From Rhodospirillales bacterium (lineage in GTDB: Bacteria > Pseudomonadota > Alphaproteobacteria > Bin95): a stretch of DNA of 64,000 nucleotides. The translations under genes and the position numbers were made by a program. Shown piece after piece: positions 56,002 to 64,000 of the stretch. Each line of letters starts with the position of its first letter. Position 1 is the stretch's first letter. Under the pieces are notes generated by a model. The model was not told where the DNA came from and made no database searches. It saw nothing but the letters and a program-made list of their open reading frames with translations. The DNA is taken from the NCBI GenBank assembly GCA_038143065.1, contig JAYQLI010000035.1:2144894-2208893 (forward strand), given 5' to 3'.

Positions 56002-56077
56002 GGGCCTGTAGTTCAGTGGTCAGAACGCGCCGCTCATAACGGCGTTGTCGCAGGTTCGAATCCTGCCGGGCCCACCA
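56002..56077 (+). tRNA. tRNA-Ile2(CAT), lysidine-type
   Basis: GGGCCTGTAGTTCAGTGGTCAGAACGCGCCGCTCATAACGGCGTTGTCGCAGGTTCGAATCCTGCCGGGCCCACCA; CAT anticodon; paired 1:72 (not initiator); C4:G69 and C5:G68 TilS determinants. Confidence 0.88.
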
Positions 56078-56080
56078 AAT

Positions 56081-57171
56081 TCACGCGCCTTTAGGCGTTG
56101 GCATGCCCAAAGCTGCCGCGTGCCTTGCGTCAAAATCCTGTTCTTTTATGCCGTGGTTATGGCCGCGTATGCCTCCCCGCACGGTTCCGGGAATCGTGGA
56201 CCTATAGAAATCCCCCAACTTTCCGGAAGTTCAGGGCTGTCGGGTGGGGCGATCCATAAACGCCACAAAAGTCGCTTTTTTTCAGGCTCGGCAAAATCCT
56301 CATAGTCGGTGCGACTGTGCAACATGCAGTGGTTATTAAAGATCTGTAAGTCTCCAGGTTGGAGGTTGAGGGTAAGCATGTACTCGGGACGCCGGAGTAT
56401 ATTATCCATCACATCCATTGTTTCGTGCTGTAAGGCAGAAAGCCTTGGCACAGAATCAAACCTTTGGGCGCTTTGGACGCGATTTCGGTTCCACTTTGCA
56501 AAAAGGCGCCCGTCACAAAAGTCGATCAGTGGCTGTCCGTAATATGGACCCTCGTCTTCTGCTTCCTCATTTTGGCGGCTGAAATAAAAGTCAGTTTTTG
56601 CAAGTTCTGCTAGGTCTGGTCGCTCTGCCTCCAATGCGGCGAATGCAGATACGCCACTTGTAAACATTGTTGAGCCCCCTAGCTTTGCCGCATTGTAACA
56701 CCCCAGAGTGGCCATATCCGCGCCATCAACATGAAAATCTAGCTTTGCATTCGACGAGTAGCCTCGGCCTGACGCGGCCCTGTAGTCTACGCCAGCATCT
56801 CTAACAGGTGAGATATACTGGGATGCTTTGCCTTGAGGGCGAGCAACGCCGATATGCAGGCCAATTGCCCAATTCAAAAGTTTAAATTGATCCTCATTCA
56901 TATCTTGTCGAGGTAAATTTTTGACGAGAGCTACGCCCCGTCCATGATGCGCCTGCTTTATCGCTTTTTTTAAGGTTGCTTCAGCTGGCCCAAGTTCAAA
57001 TTCTGAAAGGCTGTATTCGAATAAATCACGATCTGGGTCAAATGCTGCGAGAGTAATATCACGCAGGTGCCGGCTTTCTTTTTCCGTAAGAGGGAATACC
57101 CAGCCTTTATCCGCATCTAGGTCTTTAGTGGTCCAATTTGCGAGTGCTTGTAGTTCGCGAGTGATATTCAT
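56081..57171 (-). CDS. TauD/TfdA (clavaminate synthase-like) dioxygenase, C-terminal frameshift
   Basis: FHVDGAD, GDLQIFNNHCMLHSRT, RLLWRLW; shifted frame ends ...LGMPTPKGA* at 56081. Confidence 0.85.
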
Positions 57172-57186
57172 TGCGCTTAAATCCGC

Positions 57187-58071
57187 TTAAGTGATTAGCT
57201 TGATAGCCGCATTATTAAAATCTTTGGCATTTTCATACATTGCCCAATGCCCTGCATCCGGAATGACTTCAAATCCAGAGAAGGTTGGCAACTTAGCCAT
57301 AAAATTTCGTCTTTCAGTAAGGTACGGAAAGCTAGTTGAATCAAATTCGCCCCATATTCCAGATATTGAGCATGTTAATTTAGGCAATTTATCGACCAGT
57401 GACGGTAATTGACTAATCCAACGACTTTTCGTGACCGCTCGCGTAGTATTCATCACCTGCATGTGTAGAGCTAGCGAATCCACTGTCTTTGGGTCGCGAA
57501 CCATTAGTAGCTCTAGATTGCGGCGGGCAAGACATCGGATTGCTCTTGGGTCCATGTCTCTTTCAAACCGTGCAAGCGGTAAAAACTCTACCCGGCGAAG
57601 TCCCATGCCACTGGCGCCAACTAGTGTCAGGCTCTTTAGCCGTGGGCCCAAGTATGGGGCTACATATCCACTAATTACTCCTCCAAATGAGAAGCCCATA
57701 AGACGTGCTTGTTCGCTTTTGGGTGTAAGTAGTTCAATGCCATTGGCGATAAGCCGTCCAATTTCATCAGGATTGCGGCGGTCCGGAGGGGCATCACTAT
57801 CTCCCAGGCCAGGAATGTCTCCAGCAAAGACTGTAAAATGGCATGCAAGAGCATCCACATTTCTTATCCAGTGGATCCAAGAGCCATACCCTCCATGAAG
57901 CAGGTACAAACAGGGTTTACCTGAACCTTTTCCCCACGCATGCCAGACCATCTCACCGGTCGGTAGTGGCGTAGTGAGCTTTACCGCTTTTGTTAAAGCA
58001 TGCTTAATTTCTGCTTCTGCTGCAGAAGTTACGGCATCCTGCAAGATAAATAGGTTTTCTACTTTGGGCAC
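57187..58071 (-). CDS. Alpha/beta hydrolase
   Basis: LLHGGYGSW, GFSFGG, AGHW. Confidence 0.88.
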   Translation of the reverse strand: MPKVENLFILQDAVTSAAEAEIKHALTKAVKLTTPLPTGEMVWHAWGKGSGKPCLYLLHGGYGSWIHWIRNVDALACHFTVFAGDIPGLGDSDAPPDRRNPDEIGRLIANGIELLTPKSEQARLMGFSFGGVISGYVAPYLGPRLKSLTLVGASGMGLRRVEFLPLARFERDMDPRAIRCLARRNLELLMVRDPKTVDSLALHMQVMNTTRAVTKSRWISQLPSLVDKLPKLTCSISGIWGEFDSTSFPYLTERRNFMAKLPTFSGFEVIPDAGHWAMYENAKDFNNAAIKLIT

Positions 58072-58154
58072 CTGCTTCTTTTTCCCTGCTTTTACAAGTT
58101 ATAAAGATTGCGTACCTTGGAGGAGTCAAACCTTCCGCGCCAGAGGAGCCTTTC

Positions 58155-58820
58155 ATGTTTTACGAAGATCCACGCAATCACGGTCTTGCGTATAATCCAT
58201 TCAAAGCCATCATTGCCCCCCGGCCGATTGCCTGGGTTTCCAGTCAGGACACGGAAGGAGTGCTCAACCTCGCGCCATATAGTTTTTTCAATGCTATGGC
58301 GGATTTTCCTCCTACGATTGTTTTCGCGCCTAATAATCCAAGGCCCGGTGGAGGACGTAAGGACACCCTCGCCAATATCGAGGCCACCAATCAGTTTGTT
58401 GTGAATTTATGCCATTATGACCTAAAGGATCAGATGAATACTTCTTCTGCTCATGTTGATCCTGAGGTTGATGAATTTGCGTTGTCAGGTTTAACACCAG
58501 CCCCGTCGGTCAATGTAAAGCCACCTCGCGTCAAAGAAGCTCTGGCCGCGCTTGAGTGCGAATTCATGTTTCGCGTGCGCCTACCGTCAACTAATCCAAA
58601 AGCTGAGAATAATGCTGTTTTTGGAAAAGTAGTGGGTATCCATATTGATGACTCCATCATTGTTGACGGCCGAGTGAAAATGGAGCTCTACCGCCCACTC
58701 TCTCGCCTTGGATATATGGACTACTCCGTAGTTGATAATGTTTTCGCCATAGACCGTCCGGACCAAGATTTAGATAGCTACGATAAGACAGCGCGCAAGC
58801 ATTCAGACAAGGACAAATAA
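58155..58820 (+). CDS. Flavin reductase-like FMN-binding protein
   Basis: PRPIAWVSS, NLAPYSFFN, KDTLAN, LSRLG..DY. Confidence 0.88.
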   Translation: MFYEDPRNHGLAYNPFKAIIAPRPIAWVSSQDTEGVLNLAPYSFFNAMADFPPTIVFAPNNPRPGGGRKDTLANIEATNQFVVNLCHYDLKDQMNTSSAHVDPEVDEFALSGLTPAPSVNVKPPRVKEALAALECEFMFRVRLPSTNPKAENNAVFGKVVGIHIDDSIIVDGRVKMELYRPLSRLGYMDYSVVDNVFAIDRPDQDLDSYDKTARKHSDKDK

Positions 58821-58880
58821 ATCTAAAGCGAAGATTACTTTGGTGCGGCGGCCCGTCGCCGTTTAATATTTAAGAGTCAG

Positions 58881-58909
58881 CTTGCGGGCGGGCTAGCCCC
58901 TTCCTATAT
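58881..58909 (+). promoter_or_regulatory. Putative RpoH (sigma32) promoter of dnaKJ
   Basis: CTTG-N18-CCTATAT matches the alphaproteobacterial RpoH consensus. Confidence 0.6.
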
Positions 58910-59038
58910 ACCTGTGTCTAAGCTCGGCTCTTTGAGTTGAGCAATCAATGTTAATCTCTGGGTAAAGCAAACGGGGGTTCCAAATGGCCGTGCCGGTGCG
59001 GGCGGTCTCACGGAAACCTGCCTTAAAGGGGGGAACTC

Positions 59039-60964
59039 ATGGCCAAAGTTATTGGTATCGATTTAGGAACTACAAATTCTTGCGTTGCTGTAATGGAAGG
59101 CGCAGACGCCCGCGTTATTGAAAACGCTGAGGGTGGGCGGACTACCCCCTCCATGGTAGCATTCATGAAAGATAGTGAGCGGCTTGTTGGTCAAGCTGCA
59201 AAGCGTCAGGCTGTTACAAACCCAGACAATACCCTCTATGCAATTAAAAGACTGATCGGTCGTCGTTTTGATGATCCAATCGTGCAGAAAGAGATTGGAG
59301 TATCACCGTTCAAAATCGTAAAGGGCGACAATGGAGATGCCTGGGTTGAGGCTGCCGGTGAGAAGTATGCACCTAGTCAGATTTCAGCTTTTATTCTGCA
59401 AAAAATGAAAGAAACTGCAGAAGCTTTTACAGGAGATACAATTTCAGAAGCGGTCATTACCGTCCCCGCATACTTCAATGATGCTCAGCGCCAAGCCACT
59501 AAGGATGCGGGAAAGATAGCCGGGTTGGACGTTTTGCGCATCGTGAATGAGCCCACGGCTGCTGCTCTCGCCTACGGGCTTGATAAGCAAAACACTGGGA
59601 TGATCGTTGTATACGACCTTGGAGGTGGTACTTTCGATGTGTCGATCCTTGAAATTGGTGATGGTGTCTTTGAAGTTAAATCCACAAATGGTGACACACA
59701 CTTAGGTGGCGAAGACTTCGATGGCGCAATCATTGAGTATCTCGCTGCAGAATTTAAGAAAGAGCAAGGCATCGACCTGAAACAGGACCGTATGGCTTTA
59801 CAGCGTTTGAAGGAAGCAGCAGAAAAGGCCAAGATAGAGTTATCGTCCTCTACGCAGACCGATGTAAATCTACCATTCATCACGGCAGACCAATCTGGTC
59901 CAAAACATCTTAACATTCATCTTACGCGCGCCAAGCTCGAGGCTTTGGTTGGTGCCTTAGTTGAACGTACACTAGAGCCCTGCAAAAAAGCGCTAAAAGA
60001 CGCAGGTTTGCGGGCAAATGAAATCGACGAGGTTGTTCTCGTTGGCGGTATGACCCGTATGCCTAAGGTTATCGAAACCGTTAAGGGTTTCTTTGGTCGA
60101 GAGCCACACAGGGGTGTTAACCCAGATGAAGTTGTAGCCGTCGGTGCTGCCATACAGGCGGGTGTTCTTAAGGGTGATGTAAAGGACGTTTTACTCTTAG
60201 ACGTAACGCCGTTGTCATTAGGTATTGAGACCCTGGGCGGTGTGTTTACTCGATTGATCGATCGCAACACAACAATCCCAACCAAAAAGAGCAATGTATT
60301 TTCGACAGCCCAAGATAATCAGGATGCAGTTACTATCCGGGTATTCCAGGGTGAGAGAGAAATGGCCCAGGATAATAAGATGCTAGGCCAGTTTGACTTG
60401 GTAGGCATTCCTCCTGCTCCAAGGGGTATTCCTCAAATTGAGGTCACCTTTGACATTGATGCTAACGGAATTGTCCAGGTAGGGGCCAAAGACAAAGCAA
60501 CTAATAAGGAGCAGACAATCCGGATCCAAGCTTCAGGTGGTCTTTCGGACGATGAGATTGATCGCATGGTGAAGGAGGCGGAGGCCAACGCCGCTGAAGA
60601 TAAAGTGCGTCGTGAGCAAGCTGAAGCGGCTAATCAGGCAGATAGTCTTATACAAACCGTTGAGAAGAATCTGGCTGAGCATGGGGATGCACTTGAGGCT
60701 GAGGATAAATCAGCAATCGAAGCTGATCTTCAAGCACTTAAAGATGCAAAAGAGGCAGGTGATCCAGAAGATGTTAAATCAAAGGTTGAAGCTCTTACTC
60801 AGTCATCAATGAAGCTTGGGGAAGCAATGTACAAGGCAAGCCAGGCCGAAGGTATGGATCCCGATATGGGACAGGAGGGTGACAACGCGGCCGACGGTGA
60901 TGACGGTGTCGTTGATGCTGACTTTGAAGAAGTAAAGGACGACGACCAAAAGAAGTCGGCCTAA
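59039..60964 (+). CDS. dnaK: Chaperone DnaK
   Basis: [26 protein letters not shown]-terminal DADFEEV. Confidence 0.99.
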   Translation: MAKVIGIDLGTTNSCVAVMEGADARVIENAEGGRTTPSMVAFMKDSERLVGQAAKRQAVTNPDNTLYAIKRLIGRRFDDPIVQKEIGVSPFKIVKGDNGDAWVEAAGEKYAPSQISAFILQKMKETAEAFTGDTISEAVITVPAYFNDAQRQATKDAGKIAGLDVLRIVNEPTAAALAYGLDKQNTGMIVVYDLGGGTFDVSILEIGDGVFEVKSTNGDTHLGGEDFDGAIIEYLAAEFKKEQGIDLKQDRMALQRLKEAAEKAKIELSSSTQTDVNLPFITADQSGPKHLNIHLTRAKLEALVGALVERTLEPCKKALKDAGLRANEIDEVVLVGGMTRMPKVIETVKGFFGREPHRGVNPDEVVAVGAAIQAGVLKGDVKDVLLLDVTPLSLGIETLGGVFTRLIDRNTTIPTKKSNVFSTAQDNQDAVTIRVFQGEREMAQDNKMLGQFDLVGIPPAPRGIPQIEVTFDIDANGIVQVGAKDKATNKEQTIRIQASGGLSDDEIDRMVKEAEANAAEDKVRREQAEAANQADSLIQTVEKNLAEHGDALEAEDKSAIEADLQALKDAKEAGDPEDVKSKVEALTQSSMKLGEAMYKASQAEGMDPDMGQEGDNAADGDDGVVDADFEEVKDDDQKKSA

Positions 60965-60980
60965 TTGATGCATTCCTAAG

Positions 60981-61007
60981 GCGGGCGAGGGAGATGCCTT
61001 CGCCTGC
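60981..61007 (+). other. Stem-loop between dnaK and dnaJ
   Basis: GCGGGCGAGG-loop-CCTTCGCCTGC. Confidence 0.5.
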
Positions 61008-61033
61008 TAACGTTGCATTCGGGCGTTAAAACG

Positions 61034-62171
61034 ATGGCTCAAGATTTTTATGAAACCCTTGAGTAGCTCGGGGTGCCAGCGATGCAGACATGAAGTCTGC
61101 ATATCGGAAGCTTGCAATGAAATATCATCCCGATAGGAATCCGGGTGATAAAGAGGCAGAGCAGAAGTTCAAAGAATTAAACGCGGCATATGAAGTTTTG
61201 AAGGATGCTGATAGCCGCTCTGCATATGACCGTCTGGGGCATGAGGCCTTTACTCAGCGCCAAGCGGGAGGCGGAGGCCCTGGCGCTGGTGGCTTCGACT
61301 TCAATTTTACATCATCATTCTCAAATATATTTGATGAAGTCTTTGGTGATATGGGCCGACGTGGTGGTGCGGGTAGACAGAGCCAAAGAGGGGCGGATCT
61401 CAGATATAATTTAGAGATATCTTTAGAGGATGCTTTCGAGGGTTCCAAGGTAGATGTCCGAGTGCCGACCCTTGCGGAATGCGAGAGTTGTCATGGTTCA
61501 GGTGCAGAAGATGGCTCAAAACCTATTGGTTGTCCTACTTGTCAGGGCACAGGGCGTGTAAGAGCTAGCCAGGGTTTTTTCACTGTGGAGCGGACTTGTC
61601 ATAGTTGCAGCGGACAAGGACAGATAATTTCAGACCCTTGTAGGTCTTGTGGTGGCCAGGGCAGGGTACGTCGTGAACGAACTTTGAATGTGAATATACC
61701 AGCTGGTGTCGAGGATGGCACCCGAATTCGACTTTCTGGCGAAGGTGAAGCTGGTTTAAGAGGCGCGCCAGCCGGTGATTTATATATCTTCATTGGCGTA
61801 AGGCCTCACAAGCTTTTCGAGCGTGAGGGAGCAGACATATACTGCCGTGCTCCAATTCCAATGGCGACCGCTGCTATAGGTGGACAGATTGAGTGCCCGA
61901 CTATCGATGGAAGTCGTGCCCGTATCACTATCCCGGTTGGTACGCAGACAGGTAAAGGTTCCGCCTGCGTAGCAAAGGTATGAACATATTGAATCAACGC
62001 AATCGCCGCGGAGATATGATTGTTGAGGCATTTGTTGAAACTCCAGTAAACCTAACTAAGCGTCAGGAGGAGCTTCTCAAAGAGTTTGCAGGCGAAAGCG
62101 ATGGAAATCATCCAGAGACGGAGGGCTTTTTTGCCAAGGCTAAAGCCCTTTGGGATGATTTGCGCGACTAG
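61034..62171 (+). CDS. dnaJ: Chaperone DnaJ (frameshifts near 61060 and 61960)
   Basis: HPD motif, G/F region, four CxxCxGxG repeats. Confidence 0.96.
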
Positions 62172-62264
62172 TATTGCAGTCCTTTGAAAGGCTGTGATTG
62201 CTTCTTTGACTTCATACTAATTGGAATTGCGCTCTGCTCTTGATGCTGATCGGATCTTTGGCTG

Positions 62265-62483
62265 TTACTTATGGCGGAATGTAATCCGGCCTTTTGTAAG
62301 ATCGTAAGGAGTCATTTCGACTGAAACTTTGTCTCCCGGCATCACGCGGATACGAAACTTGCGCATCTTGCCTGCGAGACGAGCAATCACTTCATGCTCA
62401 TTCTCGAGTTTTACTCGAAACATTGCATTCGGCAGCTTCTCTACTACCTCCCCGTCGAACTCGATTAGATCTTCTTTTGACAT
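62265..62483 (-). CDS. infA: Translation initiation factor IF-1
   Basis: [32 protein letters not shown]. Confidence 0.98.
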   Translation of the reverse strand: MSKEDLIEFDGEVVEKLPNAMFRVKLENEHEVIARLAGKMRKFRIRVMPGDKVSVEMTPYDLTKGRITFRHK

Positions 62484-62716
62484 AAATTTTCCGTGTGCTG
62501 TTATAAAAATTTGTGTGACCTTAAGGTCGGTCTTTGGTCTCTTCTACACCTTACGGGTGTATGTGAGAAGGTAGCTAGATAAAACATAAGCTGCGATAAA
62601 CTGCCATCTGTATTACGCGAAGAAAAAAGCGGTGCGTTTACCACTGCGTGAGGTCTTGAGTGATCTGTTAGCTAGCAACAATCCATTATGTGGCCTTCGG
62701 TCACTAAAAATCTTCG

Positions 62717-63955
62717 CTAGGTTCTACGGTGAATAAGAGCGGTTCTATTATCGATGAGACGGTTGATTTCTTCATCATCGTATCCCGCTTCTGAGAGGAT
62801 TGCTCTTGTGTCTTCACCATAGAAAGGCGGCGGTCTTCGGGCACTGCCTGGCGTTCTCGAAAGTTTCGCTTGAACGCCAAGTGCATTGTAGCCGTTGCCA
62901 TCACTAACTTTCATCTGCCTGTGCTGTGTATGAGGATGCTCCATGACTTCAGGTATTGAGTTGACTGGGCCTGCGGGCACTCCCTTTTCCAGTAAATTGG
63001 TAGCAAGGTCATCGCATTTGAAGAGCTTCAGCCTAGCTTCTAATTCCTGCTTGACGGCTACCCTATTTTCCGATCGATTTCGATTGTCTTTAAAGCGAGG
63101 GTCGTTGGCTAGTTCTGAAGCTCCAAGAACCTCTGCAAGCTTTGCCCATTGGCCGTTGTTGCCTACTGCGAGAAAGATTTCTTTATCCATGCACTTAAAG
63201 GTATCGTAGGGGTATATGTTTGGATGGGCATTACCAGTGATGGTGGGAGCCTTTCCGCTCATCAGGTAATTGTTGCCTTGGGGATGAAGCAATGCCACTG
63301 CGCTATCGTAAAGTGTGATATCGAGGAACTGACCTTGGTTAGAGCGTAATCGCTCAACGATCGCCATCAGGATTGCAATCGCGGCGTTAAGCCCTGTCCC
63401 CATGTCTACCATTGGGGTTCCAACCCGAACCGGTCCTGAGTCAGGAGAGCCGTTAACACTTAACATACCACTCATCGCCTGAATTACTGCGTCGTAACCA
63501 GGGAAACCGCCCAAGGGCCCCGTTGATCCAAATCCAGTTACTCTGCAATGAATTAGCCTGGGGTATTTCTTAGAGAGCACGTCATCGTAACCTAGTCCCC
63601 ATTTCTCTAGAGTACCTGGTTTGAAATTCTCTATGAGTACATCAGCACTTTCCAAAAGCCGCGAAAGCACAGATTTCCCTTCCTCCGTTGCTAAATCCAG
63701 GCCGATAGAGCGTTTGTTTCGGTTTACACCTTGGAAATAAGCACTTTCGCCGTCTTCTCTAAACGGAGGCCCCCAGTCGCGGGTTTCATCACCCCGGGGA
63801 GGTTCTACCTTAATAACCGTGGCTCCATGGTCTGCTAAGATCATAGTGCAGTAGGGGCCGCCTAGAACGCGAGTAAGGTCAACAACCTTAATTCCTTGCA
63901 AGGCGCCACCTGATTGGGCTTCCAGCCCGGTTGGGCCGTGCAGCGTATTTGACAT
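62717..63955 (-). CDS. Class III CoA-transferase (CaiB/BaiF)
   Basis: DLTRVLGGPY, GDETRDWGPP, NRNK, ENFKPG, GYDAVIQAMSG. Confidence 0.93.
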   Translation of the reverse strand: MSNTLHGPTGLEAQSGGALQGIKVVDLTRVLGGPYCTMILADHGATVIKVEPPRGDETRDWGPPFREDGESAYFQGVNRNKRSIGLDLATEEGKSVLSRLLESADVLIENFKPGTLEKWGLGYDDVLSKKYPRLIHCRVTGFGSTGPLGGFPGYDAVIQAMSGMLSVNGSPDSGPVRVGTPMVDMGTGLNAAIAILMAIVERLRSNQGQFLDITLYDSAVALLHPQGNNYLMSGKAPTITGNAHPNIYPYDTFKCMDKEIFLAVGNNGQWAKLAEVLGASELANDPRFKDNRNRSENRVAVKQELEARLKLFKCDDLATNLLEKGVPAGPVNSIPEVMEHPHTQHRQMKVSDGNGYNALGVQAKLSRTPGSARRPPPFYGEDTRAILSEAGYDDEEINRLIDNRTALIHRRT

Positions 63956-64000
63956 TTATGGAATTTTCCTTGGGCCTTTTCTGAGGTGACAACATAAACT

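Noticed and set aside
56002-56077. tRNA-Met (initiator or elongator)
   Set aside because: Paired 1:72, no triple G-C anticodon stem, and acceptor stem GGGCCTG fit tRNA-Ile2
61034-61090. In-frame TAG in dnaJ as stop-codon recoding
   Set aside because: Adding one G restores [13 protein letters not shown]; it is an indel error

Overview
Chromosomal window from a marine alphaproteobacterium (Rhodospirillales-like gene set: hslVU, fdxA, DUF1489, two-domain dCTP deaminase, dnaK-dnaJ, infA, hup, dapB, glmU-glmS). Many genes, including essential ones, are broken by single-base indels, mostly at homopolymers, which points to uncorrected long-read errors rather than true pseudogenes. Main elements: (1) a complete green-tuned proteorhodopsin photosystem operon (PR-crtE-crtI-crtB-crtY-blh) between hemF and glmS; (2) three tRNAs (Asp-GTC, Val-TAC, Ile2-CAT); (3) many catabolic and oxidative enzymes (three TauD-type and one CmcJ/NvfI-type dioxygenase, a luciferase-like monooxygenase, two class III CoA-transferases, an orphan Mo-hydroxylase large subunit, amidohydrolases, a DehI-fold protein). 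The best candidate for an undescribed system is a TPP riboswitch, absent from the ORF track, heading a tightly coupled six-gene operon: luxE-like acyl-protein synthetase, luxC-like acyl reductase, ThiXYZ/NMT1-type ABC transporter and an SDR, with no luxAB or luxD. I infer a carboxylate-to-aldehyde-to-alcohol salvage pathway for oxidised vitamin B1 degradation products. No CRISPR array, prophage, integrase or IS element was seen. All family calls come from motif recognition, not database searches.
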